A DNA stretch of 64,000 nt. Origin: an uncultured Mycoplasmatota bacterium (GTDB lineage: Bacteria; Bacillota_I; Bacilli_A; RF39; UBA660). The position numbers and the translations under genes were made by a program. The stretch is from assembly GCA_900545005.1 (NCBI GenBank), contig UQXO01000002.1:1901-65900 (forward strand). Reading direction: 5' to 3'. Positions 1 through 7,877 of the stretch are shown here, in pieces; the first letter of the stretch is position 1; each line of letters starts with the position of its first letter. A model generated the notes under the pieces. That model did no database searches. It was not told the DNA's origin and saw only the letters and a list, made by a program, of their open reading frames with translations.

Positions 1-1493
1 TCAGTGAAATTAATTAATTTGCCATTGGCACCACCATATGGTACAAACACGTAATCTAAACCTTCAATATATTTTCTAGTATTCAAATTCTTATCCTTTG
101 CATTTAAAAGTAATCTTATATACAAGGCATCATATTTGCCTTCTACCCAGATAATTTTATTGGCTATTTGAACACTACTGGGTTGAGCCCCTATTTCTTT
201 CAAAATTGATACCTTTTTACTATCAAAAGTAGAAATATTTATTTTATCATTTTCCTTTCTACATAAATAAACACTAAAATTATTAGTTATTTCACTACTA
301 ATATCAATAATATGATTAGAATGCGTTGTAAAAAAGAAATAACAGTTTTTAAAAGCATCATCAGTAGCTATTATTTGCATAAATAATCTTTGAAATCCAG
401 GATGGAAATTCAACTCTGGTTCTTCAATAAAATAAATACTATACCTTGTTTTATCTCTATTAAGAAATATGTCATATAATAATATTATTAGTGAAGATAT
501 ACCATCTCCCACTTCATATATGGGAAAGTCTTCTTCTTCACCTATACTAATCATTAGTTCATATCCACTTTCACTTGGTATTATTGATAACTGTTTTCCC
601 TCAAAAAAATAATTACTCAAAAAGCTTTCAAAATCGTCAACTAATTTTCTAGATTTTCTGTCTCCAAGCATTTTTTCTTTAAAATCATGGTAGATATTTA
701 AACCAGTTATAACATCAGATGTATTTAAATTATATTCATTCTTTATTCTAGTAGCAAAAATGTCATTTTCAACAGATTTTGTGCCTACTTCTTTCAAAGG
801 ATTTCTAATGCTTCGCATAATAGGAATATATTTTCTTTCTGGATTTCTAAAAATCCTTAATAATTTACTATCTTTAGCTGGCTCATCTATGATATTTCTT
901 ATGGCAATATCATTTTTAACAATATCATCAGCAGCCATATTATCTATTAATGTAATTACTTCTGACTTAAAATCACTAATTATTGATGCCTTAAGTTCAT
1001 TTGAATCTCTTATTATTTTGTTACTATAATCAACATAAGTAGATCTACTTTTTAAATTGGCATATTCACTAAATTCTTTACTTTCCACTTTTAGTTTATC
1101 GAAATTTTCAAAGTTATAAACTTTATAGTTTGTATTAAAACCTTGGCCAATACTTGTAAATATGGTTGCAGACTTTTCTATTTTTGCTTTTTCAAAATTC
1201 TTTATTTGCGTTATTATTTTTAAAAAATTTATGTTAGTGTTTTCAAAAAATTCAATAATTAAGAATTTTTCTATGTCTTCATAATCTGAAATTTTATTAA
1301 GATTTTCCTTTAGTAATTTTCTTATATTCTCAGTGGAAATTATGTAAGCAGTTTTATTTAGAATACTTCTCATAAAATAACTCTTACCGCTATTATTTCT
1401 GCCTATTAATATGTTTATCTTATTTAGCGGCATTAAAAATCTATATTCAATTCCAAATATTTCTGAAATATTTTCATCAAAATCAATCCACAT
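1..1493 (-). CDS. OLD-family-like nuclease (ABC/AAA-type ATPase followed by Toprim-like segment); 3' end lies outside the window
   Basis: Own minus-strand translation from ATG at 1493-1491: MWIDFDENISEIFGIEYRFLMPLNKINILIGRNNSGKSYF (Walker A), SIYFIEEPELNFHP (Walker B / EEPE..HP), TTHSNHII, then IIWVEGKYDALYI (Toprim-like). The frame is open to base 1. It is absent from the ORF track because no stop lies in the window. Confidence 0.7.
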   Translation of the reverse strand, partial: MWIDFDENISEIFGIEYRFLMPLNKINILIGRNNSGKSYFMRSILNKTAYIISTENIRKLLKENLNKISDYEDIEKFLIIEFFENTNINFLKIITQIKNFEKAKIEKSATIFTSIGQGFNTNYKVYNFENFDKLKVESKEFSEYANLKSRSTYVDYSNKIIRDSNELKASIISDFKSEVITLIDNMAADDIVKNDIAIRNIIDEPAKDSKLLRIFRNPERKYIPIMRSIRNPLKEVGTKSVENDIFATRIKNEYNLNTSDVITGLNIYHDFKEKMLGDRKSRKLVDDFESFLSNYFFEGKQLSIIPSESGYELMISIGEEEDFPIYEVGDGISSLIILLYDIFLNRDKTRYSIYFIEEPELNFHPGFQRLFMQIIATDDAFKNCYFFFTTHSNHIIDISSEITNNFSVYLCRKENDKINISTFDSKKVSILKEIGAQPSSVQIANKIIWVEGKYDALYIRLLLNAKDKNLNTRKYIEGLDYVFVPYGGANGKLINFT

Positions 1494-1496
1494 AAC

Positions 1497-2066
1497 CTAT
1501 ATTTTCCTTTCTAATATCTTAACTAATATTTTACCACAAGTCATAGCATCACTGTAAGCTCTATGTTCTTCTTCATTAATAATACCTAAATACTTAGCTA
1601 TAGCACTTTGACAATGACTATTAATAGGTAATCTATAAGAAACTTTCAAAGTATCTAGATACCTAATATATCCACTATATCCTAGTCTTTCTAAAGTATT
1701 CTTTAGAAAACGAATATCAAATGTAGCATTATGTGCTATTAAGATGATATTACCATTTAATACTTCTTCTAAGAAATTTAGCAACTCAATATAAATATCT
1801 TTTTCTAGAGGAGCATCTTCTAACATTTCTTCACTTATTTTATTAACTTGATAAGCATGATAAGAATTCTTAACATCAGTTTTAACTAAAGAATTAAAAA
1901 TCTTAGTATTTTTACCATCAATAAACTCTACTGCTCCTAGCTCTATTATTCTATCTTTATAAGGACTAAACCCAGTTGTTTCAGTATCAAAGGCTATAAA
2001 CTCAGTATTTAACTTTTTTATAATGTCTTTTGTTAGTTCCACTTCTTCTATTATTACTTCATTCAT
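1497..2066 (-). CDS. DEDDh 3'-5' exonuclease (DnaQ / PolC-exonuclease-like)
   Basis: Motifs FIAFDTETTG (Exo I), LIAHNATFDIRFL (Exo II) and HRAYSDAMTCG (Exo III, H-x4-D). I prefer the internal ATG at 2066 (MNEV...) because AAAGG lies 9 nt upstream; the track ORF runs to 2099 with no SD. Confidence 0.8.
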   Translation of the reverse strand: MNEVIIEEVELTKDIIKKLNTEFIAFDTETTGFSPYKDRIIELGAVEFIDGKNTKIFNSLVKTDVKNSYHAYQVNKISEEMLEDAPLEKDIYIELLNFLEEVLNGNIILIAHNATFDIRFLKNTLERLGYSGYIRYLDTLKVSYRLPINSHCQSAIAKYLGIINEEEHRAYSDAMTCGKILVKILERKI

Positions 2067-2217
2067 AAATAAACCTTTTCTAATTGCTATTATAATCACT
2101 ATAGTAATTTAGTCAAAAAATTATAATTTTCCATAAAAAGGATATACCCAAGATATTATTTCTATGGTACAATTATTGTGCTTTAAGTTTATTAGTTGTA
2201 GTTTTGGGAGTGTTAGT

Positions 2218-2886
2218 ATGAATAGTGAAGCAAATACTTTAGAAAAAGTAAGTCCTATATCAATAAGAAAGACTTTATATTTTGGAATAAAAAGATTATT
2301 TGATATCTTTTGTTCTTTAATAGGATGTATCTTTTTATTACCAATAGCACTTATTGTTAAGATATCTTACTTATTAAGTGGGGATAAAAAGACAATCTTC
2401 TATAAACAAAAAAGAGTTGGTAAAAATGGTAAACCAATATATATTTATAAGTTTAGAAGTATGGTAGTTAATGCTGACGAAGTTCTAAAAGAGTTATTAA
2501 AGAATCCTAAATATAAGAAAGAATGGGATGAGAATCAAAAGTTTGAAGATGATCCTAGAATTACAAAGATGGGTAAAATCCTTAGAAAAACTTCTTTAGA
2601 TGAAATGCCACAGTTTATTAATGTTTTAAAGGGTGATTTAAGTCTAATTGGGCCTAGACCTTTAGTTGAAGGTGAGCTTGATGCTCATAATGGTAATCAT
2701 GAAATATATGAAGCTGTTAAACCTGGTATTACTGGTTGGTGGGCTGCTAATGGTAGATCTGCTACTACTTATAAGAAAAGATTAGAACTTGAATATTATT
2801 ATGTTAAAAATTGTAGTATTCTTCTAGATATTAAATGTATATTTAGAACTGTTAAAGCGGTAGTGTTTAAAACGGGAGCTAAATAG
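2218..2886 (+). CDS. small monotopic bacterial sugar transferase (polyprenyl-phosphate sugar-1-phosphate transferase family)
   Basis: One N-terminal hydrophobic helix, then KQKRVGKNGKPIYIYKFRSM, DPRITKMGKILRKTSLDEMPQFINVLKGDLSLIGPRP. The start at 2218 (MNSE) is preceded by GGGAG at 7-nt spacing. Confidence 0.85.
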   Translation: MNSEANTLEKVSPISIRKTLYFGIKRLFDIFCSLIGCIFLLPIALIVKISYLLSGDKKTIFYKQKRVGKNGKPIYIYKFRSMVVNADEVLKELLKNPKYKKEWDENQKFEDDPRITKMGKILRKTSLDEMPQFINVLKGDLSLIGPRPLVEGELDAHNGNHEIYEAVKPGITGWWAANGRSATTYKKRLELEYYYVKNCSILLDIKCIFRTVKAVVFKTGAK

Positions 2887-2892
2887 AAAATA
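2875..2892 (+). repeat. 18-nt direct repeat copy 1 (GGAGCTAAATAGAAAATA), spanning the sugar transferase stop codon
   Basis: Identical 18-mer recurs at 6069-6086. Confidence 0.8.
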
Positions 2893-2925
2893 ACGCAAAT
2901 GTTTAATGACTTGCGTTATTTTTCT
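2888..2925. terminator. bidirectional rho-independent terminator between convergent genes
   Basis: AAATAACGCAA / TTGCGTTATTT stem with a 12-nt loop; A-run on the left and T-run on the right. Confidence 0.7.
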
Positions 2926-2927
2926 TA

Positions 2928-3857
2928 TCAATCTAACTCTGATAAAATCATATACTCTTTCATTTTTAAGTACTTATTAATTTCCTCAGTTAAATTTTTT
3001 ATTAACATTGGAATATCATTGTTATATTTTTCTAAACTTTCATTTAACTTTTTATAGTCATCCTGTAAGGTTTCTTTTGATATTATATTTTTTCTATTTT
3101 CTATTAAATCATTTTTATATTTTCCCATTAATTCATTAACTAATCTCTGATCAGGCATATCTTGTAGCCTTTCTAATTCAACATCTATTTGATTATTAAT
3201 CTGCAGACAATTACTATTATTTAATAGCTTATAGATATATTCACGATACTTTATAATTATTTCTAAATTTAGTTGTTCTAATTTGTTAATCAAATTATTA
3301 ATGTTTTCTTTGATTGTAACATAGTCGTCATATAATTTAATATTTTTGGTAGGAATATTGTTATTTAATTCTTTTAAATCACTAAAAATATATAACTTAT
3401 CTCTATAACCTAAAATATCATTATTTGTTTTATCTAATTCAAATAATGCATCATTGTATTGTTTAGCATTAGTCATTAATTGAACTTTTCTAAAAATATC
3501 ATCTGTTCTAAATGAATTTAATAACGCTATAACTATACCTTTTAAGACATTTAATTCATCAATTTTCTTTTGATAATTATTATTTTTCTTATTTTCTTCG
3601 TGTTGAGTTCTAATTTGCTCTCTTGTCATTTTTCCGGAGTAAATAATTGCTGCTGTCGCTATTATCGTTTGCAAAATCACTCCCATTAAATTTAACCAAT
3701 TAGATGCACCAATATGTAAAATATTTGGATTAATAGTTCTAATAAAATTGGCTATCAAACTTATTACAGTGGGGAAAAATAAACACAGCAAAGTAATAAC
3801 AATTCCGAAAATTATATTTTTCATTTTCTTTATATCCTCTCTTTTATTTTTTTTCAT
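2928..3857 (-). CDS. membrane-anchored (2 predicted N-terminal TM helices) coiled-coil protein, function unknown
   Basis: IIFGIVITLLCLFFPTVISLIANFI and GVILQTIIATAAIIYSG, then about 220 aa of K/E/N/L-rich heptad-like sequence. Overlaps the upstream AAA+ gene by 14 nt. Confidence 0.6.
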   Translation of the reverse strand: MKKNKREDIKKMKNIIFGIVITLLCLFFPTVISLIANFIRTINPNILHIGASNWLNLMGVILQTIIATAAIIYSGKMTREQIRTQHEENKKNNNYQKKIDELNVLKGIVIALLNSFRTDDIFRKVQLMTNAKQYNDALFELDKTNNDILGYRDKLYIFSDLKELNNNIPTKNIKLYDDYVTIKENINNLINKLEQLNLEIIIKYREYIYKLLNNSNCLQINNQIDVELERLQDMPDQRLVNELMGKYKNDLIENRKNIISKETLQDDYKKLNESLEKYNNDIPMLIKNLTEEINKYLKMKEYMILSELD

Positions 3858-4932
3858 TAATTATGCTTGCTATCCTATTTCTTATAAAATTTTCCGTTTG
3901 TCTAACATTAGAAAGTCTATTGGCATTGGCAATAAAGTATTCTTTTATATTGCTATCTCTAATTAATTTTTTTTCATATTTATCAAGAGTGTCTAAATAC
4001 TTTGAAAAGTACTTATCAATCAACTTTTCTTCTGTCTCTACTGATAATTTTTTATATTCAATAAATCCATTTATTCTGAAAAATATTGGCGCTCCTAGTG
4101 CTTTAAAAATTTCGTCTTGATTTTTATAATTAGATGTACAAACAATCATTGTATTTTTTAAATTTACTGTGTAATTTTTATCTTTAAAAACACCAGTATC
4201 AAACAATTCATAAAGTGCTGAATACATAATTGGGGCACATTTATCAAATTCATCGAATAATATGATATTAGATTTTCGTTCTAATAATTCTTTTGCTAAA
4301 GAATTTTCTTGAATTTTTCCACCATATAGAAAATCAGCATAATGTCCCGACTGAAACATTGAAAATTGATGATAATAAATTTCTTCTCCCAAAAGACTAG
4401 CTAAAAGTTTGCAAGTTTCAGTTTTTCCAACTCCACTAGGACCATAAAGCATTATAACAATTGGTTTTTGTTCTAAATTTAATTTGTTATTAATGTATAA
4501 GAAGTTACTAAATAATTGTAATGCTTCAGCTTGGCCCCAAATCTTTTCAGATGCTTCAGTTTTAAATTTGTTTATAACTTCTAAATCCATTGATTTGTAT
4601 TCAAAATATTTGAAGTGTATTATTTCTTGTGAATAGCGATTTTGTAAGTTTTTAACAATAATATCCGGAGGATTCTGTAAATAAATTTCCTCAATATCTG
4701 CATATTTTATAAAACTTACAAAATCTTGTAGAGTATTATCAGTTACACTAGAATAATCAGATGAATGTACTATTAAAACCGATGATTCATATTGAATATT
4801 TGCCGGATATCTATTTTTTTCTACATCTAAAGCTAATGATAACAATGTGTAATAATCATTTGCTAATATACACTTTTTTGATAGATAATCATCAAAATTT
4901 TTAGTTGGACCATAAAATACTTCTATTCTCAT
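3844..4932 (-). CDS. AAA+ ATPase with ClpA/ClpB-D2-like (AAA_2-type) module and an unknown ~130-aa N-terminal domain
   Basis: IWGQAEALQLF..., PIVIMLYGPSGVGKTETCKLLASLL (Walker A), SNIILFDEFDKC (Walker B), NTMIVCTSNY (sensor 1). The order matches the Clp D2 module. Confidence 0.75.
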   Translation of the reverse strand: MRIEVFYGPTKNFDDYLSKKCILANDYYTLLSLALDVEKNRYPANIQYESSVLIVHSSDYSSVTDNTLQDFVSFIKYADIEEIYLQNPPDIIVKNLQNRYSQEIIHFKYFEYKSMDLEVINKFKTEASEKIWGQAEALQLFSNFLYINNKLNLEQKPIVIMLYGPSGVGKTETCKLLASLLGEEIYYHQFSMFQSGHYADFLYGGKIQENSLAKELLERKSNIILFDEFDKCAPIMYSALYELFDTGVFKDKNYTVNLKNTMIVCTSNYKNQDEIFKALGAPIFFRINGFIEYKKLSVETEEKLIDKYFSKYLDTLDKYEKKLIRDSNIKEYFIANANRLSNVRQTENFIRNRIASIINEKK

Positions 4933-4933
4933 A

Positions 4934-5761
4934 TTACATCCTTAATATACCTGCTAAAATAACATCATAAATTTCTAATTCACCACTTTTATTGCCTTTA
5001 TTATTCATAAAGTCATTTTCATAGCACGGATTTTCAGCGTTATTATTTGACGAATTATTTTTTAATTTTGTCTCTAAATTTAAACATTCTACGTTGCCCG
5101 TTCCAACTTTAATTCCAAAATATGTCAAATTCATATCTAACAAGTCTGTTAGTTTATAGTTGTTTTTTAGACAATTTATATTAAATCTTAATATACATTC
5201 ACGATATTCAGTATTATCTTCAAGTTTTCTTGCTAAAAAACCATAATAACCATTAGTAATAGTTAATACCTCATCTAATTTAAAAATGTCAACATCTTTT
5301 AATTCTTCAATAGTATTTAACATTTCTGAATTTTCAAAAATTTTTAAGTAAGGTAAGTAAGCTTTAAAATATGTTGCTGATTTATCAGGCAGTTCCAATT
5401 TATAATCTCTAAATACTTTTACATCCGTATTTTCATTGCTTAGCTTTATAAATTCAACCATTGTATTTGTCTTGATAGTTGACTTCATGATGCCATTATT
5501 TTTAAAATCGCCTTTAGTTTCTAAATTTAAAGCAGCACCAAAATTCAATAATTTGAATAATGGCGATTTCACTTCTACTTTAGTTTTTAAACTACCATTA
5601 CCTTGAATTGTATTTGCGATTTCTTTTAATTCTTCTGTAGTAATTTCTCCTCCATAATTTAAGACCACATAATCTATCGCTGATTCTTCATCATAATATA
5701 TTATTTTCACTAAATCATTTGAATATTCATTATCTTTATTATTGTTTTCTTCTTTTTTCAT
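4934..5761 (-). CDS. hypothetical protein (275 aa), first gene of the three-gene cassette
   Basis: Complete ORF, with its stop 1 nt before the AAA+ start. I recognise no motif. The central part (SLKTKVEVKSPLFKLLNFGAALNLETKGDFKNNGIMKSTIKTNTM) looks like alternating beta-strand sequence. Confidence 0.6.
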   Translation of the reverse strand: MKKEENNNKDNEYSNDLVKIIYYDEESAIDYVVLNYGGEITTEELKEIANTIQGNGSLKTKVEVKSPLFKLLNFGAALNLETKGDFKNNGIMKSTIKTNTMVEFIKLSNENTDVKVFRDYKLELPDKSATYFKAYLPYLKIFENSEMLNTIEELKDVDIFKLDEVLTITNGYYGFLARKLEDNTEYRECILRFNINCLKNNYKLTDLLDMNLTYFGIKVGTGNVECLNLETKLKNNSSNNNAENPCYENDFMNNKGNKSGELEIYDVILAGILRM

Positions 5762-6068
5762 ACTTTTCTATCACTACTAAAACTCATATGCCTATACTTT
5801 ATCACATTATTAAAAAGATTTGTTAATAATTTACCATAAGTATATCAATTAAAGTATTATAAAACACCACTACACCAAGCGATGTTTAAAACAGGCTTGC
5901 AATAATATTTTTATCATTTTATATCAATTTTTTTCATATTCTGTGCATTTTTTCTCATTAAATTATGAATTTGAGTAATTTACATTCGTATGTTGATCAG
6001 ATTTAGAAGGCTTTAGTAAGTTTGTTAATGCTTGGTGAATATAAAAAGAACATTAAAATTTTTTTATC

Positions 6069-6086
6069 GGAGCTAAATAGAAAATA
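6069..6086 (+). repeat. 18-nt direct repeat copy 2 (GGAGCTAAATAGAAAATA) in non-coding DNA
   Basis: Perfect match to 2875-2892. Confidence 0.8.
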
Positions 6087-6140
6087 TGCCTATTCACGTT
6101 TTTTATTTAGATAATAATTATAATGTAGTGTTTAACATAA

Positions 6141-6166
6141 AAATAAAGAGTTTCTTTATTTTTTGG
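6141..6166. terminator. hairpin plus T-run overlapping the histidine kinase stop codon
   Basis: AAATAAAGAG ttt CTTTATTTTTT; AT-rich stem, so only moderate support. Confidence 0.45.
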
Positions 6167-7160
6167 CAACAGGAAATTTAATATGAAATTCAAAGAAATT
6201 AGTATAATTGTCATTTTTCTTTATTTCACAACCATATTCATAATTAAGTGAAGTTAAAATTTCTTTTACCAAACTTAGTCCAACTCCTGTACCTTTTGAA
6301 ATACAACTTTTTCCTCTATACCCTCTTTCAAAAATTTTTTCCGTTTCATCAACACTTACAGAATTAGTTATATTACTAATGCTCACTTCTGTATATTCCG
6401 AAGTTTCTAAAAAATTAATATTTATGCAATCTTTTGAAATTGAATGTTTTATAGCATTTTCCAAAAGAATAAACATAACAAGATAAACATTATTTGTCAA
6501 AATAAGAATATTATCTTGATTTGGTGAAAGATTAATTTTTATTTTGCGTTTACTTGCCTGATATCTCAATGTTAATTTTAGCTTCATTAATTGTGGATAT
6601 ATTTTTGAATATATTCTGCGATTATTTGCTGGCATAGGGCCATCTAGAACGTTTAATCTGTAATTTATTAAATCGTATAATGAAGTTATGGCTTTAAGAT
6701 TATCGTCATTTTCCATTAAGTCATGATAACGAGCATCTATTGACTCAGTCATACTATTAAAGTATGAACCTATATTTCTTAGATCGTGTATACAATCTCT
6801 AAACTCAATATTGTTCATAATTAGTTGTTCAATGTCGGTAATTAAACTTATAATTTGAGTTCTTGTATAGATGTCAAAATCTTTTATTTTTTGAGATTGA
6901 CTTTCAATATTTTTTCTAACTTTTTGATCATAATCTTTTGTTATTATACAAGTATAAATTGTATTTCTATTATAAAAAGAATAAAATCCATATGGACATT
7001 TATGAATGCCTTTTAACTGATTTTCGAAAATTTCATCGTAGTACTTTTTACATTTTCTATTTTTGTTTTTAAGACATTCTTTACAAAATTTTGGTATTTT
7101 TTCTTCTGTATCACATAATAACTCGTGTGATGATTTATCATAAATTACTAACGATTTCAT
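6156..7160 (-). CDS. cytoplasmic histidine-kinase-like protein with Cys-rich N-terminal domain
   Basis: No TM segment. N-terminus has C16, CxxC (FCKEC), C37, C55 and C71. H-box-like CIHDLRNIG; N-box LLENAIKHS; G2-like GTGVGLSLVKEI. The DxGxG G1 box is not evident (SNITNS in its place). Confidence 0.7.
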   Translation of the reverse strand: MKSLVIYDKSSHELLCDTEEKIPKFCKECLKNKNRKCKKYYDEIFENQLKGIHKCPYGFYSFYNRNTIYTCIITKDYDQKVRKNIESQSQKIKDFDIYTRTQIISLITDIEQLIMNNIEFRDCIHDLRNIGSYFNSMTESIDARYHDLMENDDNLKAITSLYDLINYRLNVLDGPMPANNRRIYSKIYPQLMKLKLTLRYQASKRKIKINLSPNQDNILILTNNVYLVMFILLENAIKHSISKDCININFLETSEYTEVSISNITNSVSVDETEKIFERGYRGKSCISKGTGVGLSLVKEILTSLNYEYGCEIKKNDNYTNFFEFHIKFPVAKK

Positions 7161-7861
7161 TATTTACTCTCCAAATATAAATTAATTGCTTTAATAATTA
7201 AATTTATTATATCAACTACAGGTTGTAAATTTTCATATTTTTCTAATTCTTTATATAAATTCTTAGTGGTGTTTTCACCTTTCAATATGCTTCTAACATA
7301 GCAGTCTTCTAACACAGCTATACTTGTTATTGAGGCACCATTTTTTAACAAATTATCACGATTTGTTATCCAAAATTTTATAGGATCATTAATTTTTGAA
7401 ATATTTTCATCTATTATTTCAGCCAATTCTATACTTTTTAAGTTTTTTGTTATTATTCCGTCTACACATTCAGAATATCTGCTAATTTCAACGCTTTGAG
7501 GTTTATTGCTAAATATATAAACAATTTTTTCTGGGTAAGTGCTTTTAATAAGTTTAGCTAAGGCAGCACCTTGATATTTTTCACTTAAATTTGTTGCTAT
7601 GCCATTTATATCGCAAAATATAAAATCATAGGGTTCTATATCTGATATTTTAACAAACTTTTCCATTATCGTTATATCTAAATATCCAATACTCTTCAAA
7701 CCATTTTCATCGAATCCCTCATCATCGATAAATAATAGTCTTATATTTTTCTTATCTTTTATTGAGACGTTGTTTAACTTTACTTGAGATTTTTTTAAGT
7801 CTTCTATTGTTAAGAACTTCTTCATTACTTTAGATCTAAATAACATTTCTAAACATTCCAT
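7160..7861 (-). CDS. receiver (REC) domain protein with unknown ~100-aa C-terminal helical domain
   Basis: LLFIDDEG (acidic pocket), FIFCDINGI (phospho-Asp position), VYIFSNKP (S/T and K). No recognisable DNA-binding output domain. TAATG stop/start overlap with the kinase gene. Confidence 0.65.
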   Translation of the reverse strand: MECLEMLFRSKVMKKFLTIEDLKKSQVKLNNVSIKDKKNIRLLFIDDEGFDENGLKSIGYLDITIMEKFVKISDIEPYDFIFCDINGIATNLSEKYQGAALAKLIKSTYPEKIVYIFSNKPQSVEISRYSECVDGIITKNLKSIELAEIIDENISKINDPIKFWITNRDNLLKNGASITSIAVLEDCYVRSILKGENTTKNLYKELEKYENLQPVVDIINLIIKAINLYLESK

Positions 7862-7877
7862 AATAATTTCATCCCCC

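Noticed and set aside
760-1029. 89-aa plus-strand ORF from the track
   Set aside because: It lies antisense inside the well-supported OLD-like gene. The sequence is hydrophobic and low-complexity, typical of the AT-rich reverse frame, and there is no SD.
5880-6140. Further short matches to the sugar transferase 3' end (TGTTTAAAAC at ~5883; GTAGTGTTTAA at 6125-6135 versus 2860-2870)
   Set aside because: 10-11-mers of this composition recur by chance many times in 64 kb of AT-rich DNA. Only the 18-mer is reported.
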